Notes under the pieces: generated by a model
What the model saw: only the letters and a program-made list of their open reading frames with translations
Told to the model about the DNA's origin: nothing
The model's database searches: none
Shown: positions 1-8,735 of the stretch, in pieces
How positions within the stretch are numbered: position 1 is the stretch's first letter
Layout of the letters: the number at the start of each line of letters is the position of its first letter
Made by a program: the position numbers and the translations under genes
From: Clostridia bacterium
GTDB lineage: Bacteria; Bacillota; Clostridia; Oscillospirales; CAG-272
Assembly: GCA_017466625.1 (NCBI GenBank)
Contig: JAFTTT010000002.1
Location: forward strand, 1-53,184
Length of the DNA stretch: 53,184 nucleotides
Direction of reading: 5' to 3'

Positions 1-69
1 ACTGCCCGATGTGTATTTTTCAATATATACACGGAAATCGGTTAATTTGTAAAGATATTCGGCTTCTTA

Positions 70-98
70 TTGCCAAAAAAGGCATTATGTGATACGAT
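70..98 (+). promoter_or_regulatory. candidate sigma-A promoter of the SDR gene
   Basis: TTGCCA (70-75), counted 17-nt spacer, TACGAT (93-98) preceded by TG; AGAGG RBS just before ATG 122. Confidence 0.4.
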
Positions 99-121
99 AA
101 TAATTACTTAAGAGGTGTACT

Positions 122-1006
122 ATGAATATTGAAAAATGGCTAAAGAACAATACATCGTCCCTTTCGGGAAAAACCGTTGCGATAACCGGCTCAACGGGCG
201 GTCTCGGCGCACCGCTTTGCGAATATCTGTCACGTCTCGGCGCCTCTCTCATTCTCGTTGACAGAAACGCCACCCGATCCGAGGCGCACGCAGCAGAGCT
301 GCGCGAAAAATACGGCGTCACGGTATCTCTAATACAGTGCGACCTTCAGAGCGGCGCATCGGTAAGAGAGGCGACGAAGGCACTTATAAAAGCGGAGCCC
401 GATATTTTTATTCACAACGCAGGGGCTTACAGTATTCCGAAAAAGATCTGCGACACCGGCTTCGGAAACGTCTTTCAGATCAATTTTCTCTCGCCCTACT
501 ACATGATAAAGGAGCTTCTCCCGACGCTAAGAAAGAAAAACGGCCGCGTCGTTGCAGTCGGAAGCATAGCGCACAATTATTCCAAAACAGACCCGAACGA
601 TATCGATTTCGTAACGCGCAAGGCGGCGAGCAAGGTGTACGGCAACGCAAAGCGATTCCTTATGTTTTCACTTTATTCCCTGTTTGAAAACGAAAAGGAC
701 GTTTCTCTCTCAATAGTACATCCCGGAATCACCTTCACGAACATTACCGCGCACTATCCGAAGCTCATCTTCGCGGTAATCAAGCACCCGATGAAGGTCA
801 TATTCATGAAGCCGAAAAAGGCGGCATTGTGTCTGATACGCGGCGTTTTTGAAAGCACCGAAAAAAACACGTGGATAGGTCCCCGTCTCTTTAACGTCTG
901 GGGATACCCCTCAAAAAAGGCGCTTAAGAGTTGCAAAAACGACGAAACAGAGTTCATTTCCACCGAATCAGAAAAGGCGTGTCAGAAAATGTATAAAGAA
1001 AATTGA
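122..1006 (+). CDS. short-chain dehydrogenase/reductase (SDR) family oxidoreductase
   Basis: 294-aa ORF with Rossmann motif TGSTGGLG, NAG (IHNAGAY) and YxxxK (YGNAK) signatures. Confidence 0.8.
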   Translation: MNIEKWLKNNTSSLSGKTVAITGSTGGLGAPLCEYLSRLGASLILVDRNATRSEAHAAELREKYGVTVSLIQCDLQSGASVREATKALIKAEPDIFIHNAGAYSIPKKICDTGFGNVFQINFLSPYYMIKELLPTLRKKNGRVVAVGSIAHNYSKTDPNDIDFVTRKAASKVYGNAKRFLMFSLYSLFENEKDVSLSIVHPGITFTNITAHYPKLIFAVIKHPMKVIFMKPKKAALCLIRGVFESTEKNTWIGPRLFNVWGYPSKKALKSCKNDETEFISTESEKACQKMYKEN

Positions 1007-1073
1007 CTTTTCGTCTCATTCGTGATATAATTATTCCGTGTTTTTAAGATGCTTAATTAAATGGAGATAACTG

Positions 1074-3101
1074 ATGGATAAAGAAAAAACCAAACTGAGA
1101 GACAGAATAAAATCCGCAATCAGATATTTGAACGACCACCCGGTTTTGCTGATCGTATTCTTTTCATACTGTCTGACGTTTATTACCGAGTCGCTCGGAA
1201 GACATTCCTGCTGGAAAGCTCTCGTATTTGAGTTCACAAAGCCGTTCATGTTTCTTTGCAACATGTCGATATTTGCCCTCACCCTTTCCATTGCACTTCT
1301 CTCCAAAAAGAGAACGTATTGGATATGTACGATATCCCTTGTATGGCTCGGACTCGGTATTGCAAACTTCGTTATGCTGTTCAGCAGAATAACGCCGTTC
1401 AACGCAATGGACTTCCAGCTTATGCCGAGTGTATTGCCGATACTTCCGACATACCTCGGATGGGGCGGAGTGATCGCGGCAGGCGCTGTAATTCTGGCTG
1501 CGATAATATTCGTGATCGTTATCTGGTTTAAGGTCAAAAAGATAAAGGTCAACTATACCAAAGCGGCAGTAACTATCCTTGTCTGTGCAATCATCACGAC
1601 CGCCTTCGTCGGCGGCGGAGCGCTGACGGGAGCGATTCCTGCACACTTCTCGTCCCTTCCCCGCGCTTATGACGCACACGGCTTCTCCCTCTGCTTCTCG
1701 ATAAGCATCTTCGACCGCGGAGTAAGTAAGCCGCGCGGATATGATAATAAAATAGACGACGTTGTCGAATTCGTTAAGGGCGATGACACCGATGGTTTCA
1801 CTCAGCCCGAAAAAACTCCCAACATTATATTCGTACAGCTCGAATCCTTCTATGATCTCAAGCTGCTTTCGGGATTCGAATTTTCAGAGGACCCGACACC
1901 GGTATTCACTAATTTAAGAAACACCTGCACGTCGGGAATCCTAACAGTTCCCTCGATCGGTGCGGGAACCGCAAACACCGAGTTTGAAATACTAACCGGA
2001 TTATCCATGCAGTATCTCGGCTCGGCAGAATACCCGTACAGAACGTTCCTTCAGACCCAGACCTGCGAAAGCGTACCCTTCATTCTCAAGAACTACGGAT
2101 ACACTTCGCACGCGATCCACAACTACAAAGGTAATTTCTACGACAGACACAAGGCGTTCTCAACGCTTGGATTCGACACGTTTACTTCAAGAGAGTATAT
2201 GGATCTGCTCGGTGAAAACTATGCCGGCTGGGAGCAGGACGCAGTGCTCGTTAAGAGCGTTATGGACTCACTCAAGGCAACGGAGGGTCCTGACTTTATT
2301 CAGTGTATAACCGTTCAGGGGCATGGAAAATACCCAATCGTTTCATATCCCGGCGAGAAGCACGAGCGCATCAAGCCCACCTCGCTTCCGAACGGCGCCA
2401 ATAAGCACGCTTTCACCTATTTTGCAAACCAGCTTTACGCTACCGACAAATTTATAGCAGATCTCATCGACGCTGTTAATGAGATCAAAGAGGAAACGGT
2501 CATCGTTTTTTACGGCGACCATATTCCGAATATCGGTTTTGAAGAAAACTGGATCCCCAAAGGAATGACGCTATATGATACCGAATACGTTATCTGGCGT
2601 ACTGACGGAAAATACGATGAAGGAAAGAACTGCACCGCATATCAGCTTTATTCCGAAATCTTCTCCTCTCTTGACATAGAGGGCGGAATCGTTACGAAGC
2701 TGCATCAAAAACGCGACCAGCTCTCTAAGTCCAAGTATGACGACTATCTGCACTGCCTGCAATACGATATCGTCGAAAACAACGGTAAAGAGTCCTATGA
2801 CGGCAAGCTTCCCTTTAAGGCGACCGATCTGAAAATGGGTGTGATCGACGTAACGGTCACAGACGTTTACACTTTCGGCGAGCACATTTACGTTAAGGGC
2901 ACCGGCTTCACTCAGGCGAGCCAAATATACGTAAACGGTTCGCACGAGGAGACCGAGTATATCGACGATAATACGCTTATTCTTTCGGGAGTAAAGCTCG
3001 AGAACGGCGATAAAATAAAAATATCTCAAATAGCCGACTTCCTCAGCCCACCGCTTAGCACGACCGACAATTTCGTATATAACGAAGAAGCAGATGAATA
3101 A
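1074..3101 (+). CDS. LTA synthase / sulfatase-family membrane protein (LtaS-like)
   Basis: 675 aa; several N-terminal TM helices, then a sulfatase-type ectodomain (IIFVQLESF, GTANTEFE, VFYGDH). Confidence 0.75.
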   Translation: MDKEKTKLRDRIKSAIRYLNDHPVLLIVFFSYCLTFITESLGRHSCWKALVFEFTKPFMFLCNMSIFALTLSIALLSKKRTYWICTISLVWLGLGIANFVMLFSRITPFNAMDFQLMPSVLPILPTYLGWGGVIAAGAVILAAIIFVIVIWFKVKKIKVNYTKAAVTILVCAIITTAFVGGGALTGAIPAHFSSLPRAYDAHGFSLCFSISIFDRGVSKPRGYDNKIDDVVEFVKGDDTDGFTQPEKTPNIIFVQLESFYDLKLLSGFEFSEDPTPVFTNLRNTCTSGILTVPSIGAGTANTEFEILTGLSMQYLGSAEYPYRTFLQTQTCESVPFILKNYGYTSHAIHNYKGNFYDRHKAFSTLGFDTFTSREYMDLLGENYAGWEQDAVLVKSVMDSLKATEGPDFIQCITVQGHGKYPIVSYPGEKHERIKPTSLPNGANKHAFTYFANQLYATDKFIADLIDAVNEIKEETVIVFYGDHIPNIGFEENWIPKGMTLYDTEYVIWRTDGKYDEGKNCTAYQLYSEIFSSLDIEGGIVTKLHQKRDQLSKSKYDDYLHCLQYDIVENNGKESYDGKLPFKATDLKMGVIDVTVTDVYTFGEHIYVKGTGFTQASQIYVNGSHEETEYIDDNTLILSGVKLENGDKIKISQIADFLSPPLSTTDNFVYNEEADE

Positions 3102-3104
3102 TAT

Positions 3105-3133
3105 AAAATTGCCTCCCGATGGGAGGCAATTTT
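3105..3133. terminator. bidirectional intrinsic terminator between convergent genes
   Basis: AAAATTGCCTCCC-GAT-GGGAGGCAATTTT, a perfect hairpin flanked by A and T runs. Confidence 0.8.
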
Positions 3134-3140
3134 ATATAAC

Positions 3141-3842
3141 TTACTCTGCATTTTTCTCAACGTCAAGAAGCTCGCTCGGATCTATCGGCTCGTCCTTGAG
3201 AGTAAGCTCAAGGTGAAGATGCGGCTCGTCGGCGATCTCGATTATCGCGCTTTCGCCAACGCTTCCGATAACGCTTCCCGCCGCGATCTCGTTGCCGACC
3301 TTTATGCCGTCGGCAAGCTCGGGAGCGAGGTTTTTGTAGACAGAAACGAGTCCGTCACCGTGATCGACCGTGACCGTCGTTCCCATAAAGGGATCCGCAC
3401 CAATCTCCATAATAACTCCGTCAGCAACGGAGACGACATCCGACCCAAGCTCCGCCTCGATGTCAATTCCGCGGTGAACGCGGTAATCGTTCATCGTCGC
3501 AGAATAGACGGCGTGAAGAAGATCGTGCTCCTTTATGACGGTGCCGTCAACAGGCATCGTAAGCTGCTCGTTCATCCAGTCCTTTTCCGGCTTGACCGTC
3601 GGTGTATCGTCGGTCGCGGGAGGAACGGTCTGAAGCGGAGGAAGGGTCTCGATCGGACCGTCAGACGAAGAAGGGGGAGTTGGAAGCGTTCCCTCTGTCG
3701 GCAGCGGAAGCTTTGTCTTACCCGCTTCCTTGGAGCTTCCGAAAAAGGTGTACATGGTAACGCAAAGCACCGTTACCGCCATAAGGGTAAGTCCGATGTA
3801 TACGGCTCGCCCAATAAGGGTTCTTTTTTGACTGTAATTCAC
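3141..3842 (-). CDS. M23 family peptidoglycan metalloendopeptidase, membrane anchored
   Basis: 233 aa; GTG start; N-terminal TM helix, Pro/Thr linker, M23 motifs HRGIDI and HLHLE. Confidence 0.8.
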   Translation of the reverse strand: MNYSQKRTLIGRAVYIGLTLMAVTVLCVTMYTFFGSSKEAGKTKLPLPTEGTLPTPPSSSDGPIETLPPLQTVPPATDDTPTVKPEKDWMNEQLTMPVDGTVIKEHDLLHAVYSATMNDYRVHRGIDIEAELGSDVVSVADGVIMEIGADPFMGTTVTVDHGDGLVSVYKNLAPELADGIKVGNEIAAGSVIGSVGESAIIEIADEPHLHLELTLKDEPIDPSELLDVEKNAE

Positions 3843-3934
3843 TTTATTATCTTCCTTTCAAGATATTTTTTGCCCTACGGTTATTCTTACCGCCTTTGAT
3901 TTTTTTATTCAAAAAGGCAAAAATATCAAAAAAG

Positions 3935-3962
3935 AAAAAACCGCCAAGATCGGCGGTTTTTT
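3935..3962. terminator. intrinsic terminator downstream of the pfkB-family gene
   Basis: AAAAAA-CCGCCAAGATCGGCGG-TTTTTT hairpin immediately after the stop at 3967. Confidence 0.8.
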
Positions 3963-3966
3963 AGTT

Positions 3967-4896
3967 TTATTTTACACTTATCTTAATAAGCTCGTACATT
4001 TCCTTGATCTTATCGGCAACGGGGGGATTTGTTCCCGGCTCAAGGCAGCACGCCGTTCCGTACGCACAAGCCATCTTTGCGCAGTTCTCAAGCGTGGGAT
4101 TTTCGGTATAACCTGCGATAAATCCCGCGACGGTGCTGTCGCCCGCGCCTACCGTTGAAAGACTCGTTATCTTCGGGAGCTCGACGGTGCATTTTCCAAG
4201 CTCGCCGCAGTAGACTGCGCCGCGATCTCCCATCGAGATCATAACGTGCTTGATGCCTCTATCGTGAAGCTCTGCCGCCGCTTTAAGAGCAACGTCCTTC
4301 TCGTGGCAAGGATAACCGACAAGCGCCTCGACCTCTTTTTCGTTCGGCTTTATAAACCACGGAGCTATCTTGAGTGTATCAGACAGACCTATCGACTTCG
4401 TATCGAGAGCCACCTTGTCGGTGATCGTCTTGAGCTCCTCAGCAAATTTAACGGTATATTCCTTCGGAATACCCTCGGGGAAGCGTCCGCAGCAAGCGAT
4501 TATATCGTCGGGCGTGACCTCCTTTTTAAGGGTCGCAAGGATGTAGTCGAGCGTTTCGGGATTAGCCGAAAAGTTATTCATTACTATTCTCGTCTCGTTT
4601 CCCTCGCCGTCGATAAGAGTCACGTTCTCTCTCATTCTGCCCTCGGTATAGAAAAGACGCGTAGGTATCTGCGCCGCAGTCATTCCCTCGATAAAGGGCT
4701 GACAATTTTCATGACCGAGAAGAAGGTACGCTCTGGTATCAAAGCCGCATCCGAGAAGCGCGCGTGAAACGTTTACGCCTTTACCGCCGGTAAAGACCGA
4801 AACACCTGACGCCTGGTTTTCTTCATGGAGAGTAAGCTGCGGCACGGAATAGAATATATCATATACCGGATTAAGGGTAATTGTATAGATCTTCAT
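3967..4896 (-). CDS. 1-phosphofructokinase-family hexose kinase (PfkB/ribokinase fold)
   Basis: 309 aa; N-terminus MKIYTITLNPVYD is typical of FruK/LacC/PfkB; TGGKGVN and C-terminal GAGDS motifs. Confidence 0.75.
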   Translation of the reverse strand: MKIYTITLNPVYDIFYSVPQLTLHEENQASGVSVFTGGKGVNVSRALLGCGFDTRAYLLLGHENCQPFIEGMTAAQIPTRLFYTEGRMRENVTLIDGEGNETRIVMNNFSANPETLDYILATLKKEVTPDDIIACCGRFPEGIPKEYTVKFAEELKTITDKVALDTKSIGLSDTLKIAPWFIKPNEKEVEALVGYPCHEKDVALKAAAELHDRGIKHVMISMGDRGAVYCGELGKCTVELPKITSLSTVGAGDSTVAGFIAGYTENPTLENCAKMACAYGTACCLEPGTNPPVADKIKEMYELIKISVK

Positions 4897-4911
4897 AACA
4901 AATTCCTTTAG

Positions 4912-5577
4912 TTAAATAGTAGAATCGGTAATTTTCTGAACGACCGAGAGATTATAAAGCGACACGTTTGAAGGACAAGGCAGACCTATGGTGCTTTTTC
5001 CCGTTATTGTGCGGAAAATGACGCAGGCGGCAAGATAGCTTCCCGTGCTCGACGGATGATAGCCGTCGTTTACGTTTATGAGACGTGTTATCTGATCGGA
5101 GATCTTAACGTGCGCGAACATCTCCCCGACGGGAGCGACAGTCGCACCACTCTCTGAAGCGGCTCTGTCGTAAGCCGCTTTAAGCTTCGACGCCATTTCA
5201 CGGTAAGTCATTCCCGTGCTCGCAAGCTTCTCGGTATTATCGGCGTAAGCCCACGTCTGATAAAGAATGACCTTTGCGCCGATCTGCGATATAATTTTCG
5301 AAAGCCGCTTTACGACGCCGACGAATTCCTCCTCGTCGGTACAGGGAAGCAAGCTCTGCTCCTGCAGAACGACGTAGTCCCACTCATAAGAGACGATCTT
5401 GCTTATAACGAGACGCCCGACCTCGGTCGTTTCGTCGCAGTACTGCGCCAAGCTGTAGCCGCCGTAAGCGATCGACTCAACGCGCGATTCGGGATCGACC
5501 GTCTTCGCCATGTTGAGGAAGGTATAGGGCATATCGTTAAAATAAGTGAAGCTGTTTCCTATAAACAATACCTGCAT
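4912..5577 (-). CDS. SGNH/GDSL-like hydrolase family protein
   Basis: ORF 4912-5583. ATG at 5577 has better GAGG spacing than the first ATG. FIGNSFTY N-terminal block and a C-terminal DGYHPS block. Confidence 0.55.
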   Translation of the reverse strand: MQVLFIGNSFTYFNDMPYTFLNMAKTVDPESRVESIAYGGYSLAQYCDETTEVGRLVISKIVSYEWDYVVLQEQSLLPCTDEEEFVGVVKRLSKIISQIGAKVILYQTWAYADNTEKLASTGMTYREMASKLKAAYDRAASESGATVAPVGEMFAHVKISDQITRLINVNDGYHPSSTGSYLAACVIFRTITGKSTIGLPCPSNVSLYNLSVVQKITDSTI

Positions 5578-5644
5578 AATCATACCTCATTGTCTCAAAA
5601 GCGCTTGTACGAATATGGAAATAAAGTCCATGTCAATATAGTGT

Positions 5645-5673
5645 ATTTTATCATAATGAAGCAAAATTGTCAA
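5645..5673 (-). promoter_or_regulatory. candidate sigma-A promoter for the SGNH-like gene
   Basis: minus strand TTGACA-17 nt-TAAAAT with TGn extension (aTGaTAAAAT). Confidence 0.5.
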
Positions 5674-5788
5674 TAATATCGGCCTCAATTTATGCATTTT
5701 TTGTGTAACCGCGAGCGATCACGCCCACAAATCCGCATTTTCGACACATTTTCCTTAAATCGCGAAACGCAATTTGTCAATATCGCAG

Positions 5789-5817
5789 TTGACAAAATCG
5801 CTGTTTTTCAATATAAT
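5789..5817 (+). promoter_or_regulatory. consensus sigma-A promoter of the aspartate kinase gene
   Basis: TTGACA (5789-5794), counted 17-nt spacer, TATAAT (5812-5817); about 50 nt before GTG 5870. Confidence 0.7.
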
Positions 5818-5869
5818 AATATATTATATGACAAATACAGTGTATGAATACACGTGAGGAGCAAAACAA

Positions 5870-7195
5870 GTGAGTAACAATACCGTAAAAACAGTAAAAT
5901 TCGGAGGAAGCTCGCTCGCGAGCGCGGAGCAGTTCCGCAAGGTTCGCGACATCATTCTTGCAGATAAAGACCGCCGTTACGTCGTTCCTTCTGCGCCCGG
6001 AAAGCGCTTCAAGGAAGATACAAAAGTAACCGATATGCTCTATACATGCTACGAAGCTGCATCAAAGGGCGAGGACATAAAGGAAATATTCGCCAAGATC
6101 AGAGAGCGTTACGACAGCATAATAAGCGAGCTCGGTCTCGACCTTTCTCTCGAAAACGAATACAACCAGATCGAGGGTGCGCTCATTCACCGTACCGGAC
6201 GCGACTACGCAGCATCGAGAGGCGAATATCTTAACGGTAAGATCCTCGCCGCTTACCTCGGCTTTGATTTTATCGACGCATCGGAGGTCATCTTCTTCCG
6301 TCAGAACGGAACGTTTGACGACGAAAAGACAAACGACGTCCTTTCGGCAGTCCTCAAGCGCCACGAATACGCAGTAATCCCCGGATTCTACGGCGTTATG
6401 CCCAACGATACGATAAAGACCTTCTCGCGCGGCGGATCGGACATCACCGGCTCCATCGTCGCAAGAGCGTCTCAGTCCTGCATCTATGAAAACTGGACCG
6501 ACGTTTCGGGCTTCCTTATGGCTGACCCGAGAATCGTTGATAACCCGAATCCCATCGAGCTCGTAACCTACCGTGAGCTTCGTGAGCTTTCCTATATGGG
6601 TGCGACTGTCCTTCACGAGGACGCTATATTCCCTGTCCGCGTTGCGGGAATACCGATCAATATCAAGAATACAAACATACCGAACGACAAGGGCACGATG
6701 ATAGTTTCGCACTGTCCTCCCGACGGAAACGGCTACATCACCGGTATCGCCGGCAAAAAGGGCTTCAGCGTTATCACCATCGAAAAGGATATGATGAACA
6801 GTGAAAAGGGCTTCGGCCGCCGCGTTCTTCAGGTTCTTGAGAGCTGCGATCTCAGCTTCGAGCATCTTCCCTCCGGTATCGACACGATGTCCGTCGTCGT
6901 AAACACCGCAGAGCTTGAGTCGATGCGCGACCTTGTAATCAGTAATATCTGCACCGCAGTCGATCCCGACTCGATCTCGATCGAGGATAACCTCGCGCTT
7001 ATCGCAGTCGTCGGACGCAATAGGGCGAAGGCAAAGGGAACGGCGGCAAGAGTTTGTCACGCTGTCGCAAGAGCAGATATCAACATTCGTATGATCGACC
7101 AGGGATCCGACGAGATCAACATCGTCCTCGGTGTAAACGAGGAGGATTACGAGGAAGCTATCCGCGCGATCTACGCAAGATTCGTTCAGCAGTAA
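5870..7195 (+). CDS. aspartate kinase
   Basis: 441 aa; GTG start after a GAGGAG RBS; amino-acid-kinase N-terminus VKFGGSSLAS; regulatory ACT-like C-terminal region. Confidence 0.85.
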   Translation: MSNNTVKTVKFGGSSLASAEQFRKVRDIILADKDRRYVVPSAPGKRFKEDTKVTDMLYTCYEAASKGEDIKEIFAKIRERYDSIISELGLDLSLENEYNQIEGALIHRTGRDYAASRGEYLNGKILAAYLGFDFIDASEVIFFRQNGTFDDEKTNDVLSAVLKRHEYAVIPGFYGVMPNDTIKTFSRGGSDITGSIVARASQSCIYENWTDVSGFLMADPRIVDNPNPIELVTYRELRELSYMGATVLHEDAIFPVRVAGIPINIKNTNIPNDKGTMIVSHCPPDGNGYITGIAGKKGFSVITIEKDMMNSEKGFGRRVLQVLESCDLSFEHLPSGIDTMSVVVNTAELESMRDLVISNICTAVDPDSISIEDNLALIAVVGRNRAKAKGTAARVCHAVARADINIRMIDQGSDEINIVLGVNEEDYEEAIRAIYARFVQQ

Positions 7196-7203
7196 TTATT
7201 ACG

Positions 7204-7236
7204 AAAAGTGCCGATTTCGGCACTTTTCTTTTTTTT
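7204..7236 (+). terminator. intrinsic terminator of the aspartate kinase gene
   Basis: AAAAGTGCCGA-TTT-CGGCACTTTT hairpin followed by a T run. Confidence 0.85.
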
Positions 7237-7239
7237 CGG

Positions 7240-7443
7240 GCGCGGTGAAGCTTCTCCACGTAATTGGCTCCCCCTTTGGGGGAGCTGTCGATGAAATCGA
7301 CTGAGAGGGCAAACACGCACCCTCTCCGGCACTGCGTGCCACCTCTCCCAAAGGGCGAGGCAAAAAGCGCCCCGAAGCTTCGCCTCTTCCTACATCAAAT
7401 TCTATATCTGCAATAACTTTTCTTTTCCCCTCCGCTATTGACA
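7240..7443 (+). repeat. GC-rich structured intergenic module, copy A, ending in CCGCTATTGACA
   Basis: series of hairpins (GCTCCCCC-TTT-GGGGGAGC; GAGAGGG..CCCTCTC; GGCAC-TGC-GTGCC; CCTCTCCC-AAA-GGGCGAGG). The only ORF is an 81-aa junk ORF. Related to modules at 10052, 36738 and 51007. Confidence 0.6.
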
Positions 7444-7466
7444 TAAAAGAGCCAAAAATGTATAAT
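7438..7466 (+). promoter_or_regulatory. consensus sigma-A promoter of the aminopeptidase/mtaB unit
   Basis: TTGACA (7438-7443), counted 17-nt spacer, TATAAT (7461-7466); the -35 box is the last 6 nt of the repeat-module 12-mer. Confidence 0.7.
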
Positions 7467-7499
7467 TATAAGGTATAATACGCAAAAAGGAGCATTTTC

Positions 7500-8735
7500 A
7501 TGAAAAAGACAGTTCTTAAAAAATATGCTAAGCTTATAGTCGAAAAGGGCGTTGCCGTCAAGCGCGGTCAGGAAGTTATCATAAACGCAGAGCTTGACCA
7601 GCCCGAGTTCGTTACGATGGTAGTTGACGCCGCATACAAGGCAGGCGCTTCGAAGGTCACGGTCGAATGGAGCCATCAGCCGCTTGCAAAGATACACACC
7701 CGCGGCCGCTCGCTCAAGGTAATGAGCAAGGTTGAAGACTGGGAAAAGGCAAAGATGGAAAGACGCGCAGAGGTTCTTCCCTGTATGATCTATCTTATGT
7801 CCGAGGATCCCGACGGTCTTAACGGCATCAACTTCAAGAAGATGGCAAAGAGCGCGCAGGCGAGAATGAAGGTAATCAAGCCGATCCGCGACAAGATGGA
7901 AAACAAGTATCAGTGGGTCATCGCCGCTGTTCCCGGTAAGGCGTGGGCAAAGAAGCTCTTCCCCGAGCTTCGTGCTTCTGCCGCAGTTGAAAAGCTTTGG
8001 GAGGTAATCCTCAAGTGCGCAAGAGCAGACGGAGACGATCCCTGCGCCGCTTGGGACGCTCATAACGCAAACCTCGCGGCAAAGTGTGAGCACATAAACG
8101 CTCTCGGCCTTAAGGACGTTACTATCAAGTCGTCTAACGGCACTGACCTCACGGTAGGTCTCATCCCCAATGCGGTATTTATGGGCGGAAGCGAAGCGGC
8201 TCTCGGAAGCGGCATCGTTTATAACCCCAATATGCCGAGCGAAGAGGTATTCATCACTCCCAAAAAGGGCGAGGCAGACGGTATCGTATACTCGACCAAG
8301 CCCTTCTCCTACAACGGTCAGGTTATCAACAGCTTCTACGTTAAGTTTGAAAACGGCAAGGCAGTTGAGATCAAGGCGGATAACGACCGCCACACCGAGC
8401 TTCTTAACCAGATGATCTCGATGGACGAGGGCGCAGCTTATCTCGGTGAGGTCGCGCTCGTTCCCTATTCTTCCCCGATAAATCAGTCGGGCGTGCTCTT
8501 CTTCAACACGCTCTTTGACGAGAACGCAGCTTGCCACCTCGCTCTCGGACGCGGCTTCTCGAACTGCCTCAAGGACTACGAAAAGTATTCTCACGAGGAA
8601 GCAAAGGAAGCAGGCATAAACGACTCGATGATCCACGAGGACTTTATGATAGGCGCAGTTGATACCGTTATCACCGGTACCGATAAAAACGGCAATACCG
8701 TAACCATATTTGATGACGGCGAGTGGGCGTTTTAA
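7500..8735 (+). CDS. M29 family aminopeptidase (AmpS/PepS-like)
   Basis: 411 aa; AAGGAG RBS; the N-terminal block KKYAKLIVEKGVAVKRGQEV and overall length are typical of the aminopeptidase II family. Confidence 0.8.
   Translation: MKKTVLKKYAKLIVEKGVAVKRGQEVIINAELDQPEFVTMVVDAAYKAGASKVTVEWSHQPLAKIHTRGRSLKVMSKVEDWEKAKMERRAEVLPCMIYLMSEDPDGLNGINFKKMAKSAQARMKVIKPIRDKMENKYQWVIAAVPGKAWAKKLFPELRASAAVEKLWEVILKCARADGDDPCAAWDAHNANLAAKCEHINALGLKDVTIKSSNGTDLTVGLIPNAVFMGGSEAALGSGIVYNPNMPSEEVFITPKKGEADGIVYSTKPFSYNGQVINSFYVKFENGKAVEIKADNDRHTELLNQMISMDEGAAYLGEVALVPYSSPINQSGVLFFNTLFDENAACHLALGRGFSNCLKDYEKYSHEEAKEAGINDSMIHEDFMIGAVDTVITGTDKNGNTVTIFDDGEWAF

Noticed and set aside
5584-5869. Possible lysine riboswitch (L-box) upstream of the aspartate kinase gene
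   Set aside because: The consensus promoter at 5789-5817 leaves only about 50 nt of leader, too short for an L-box. I see no L-box-like conserved stems. The rest of the 286-nt region is explained by divergent promoters.
7395-8636. Long antisense ORFs opposite well-identified genes: 7395-8636, 17539-18558, 18368-19654, 23236-24312, 25386-26882, 37545-38753, 43430-44365, 46279-47115 and 47414-48376
   Set aside because: Each lies fully opposite a gene with clear family motifs (aminopeptidase, radical SAM, ClpX, trigger factor, Lon, AsnA and others). Their translations are Arg/Leu/Val-rich with no motifs. They are typical shadow ORFs of a codon-biased genome.
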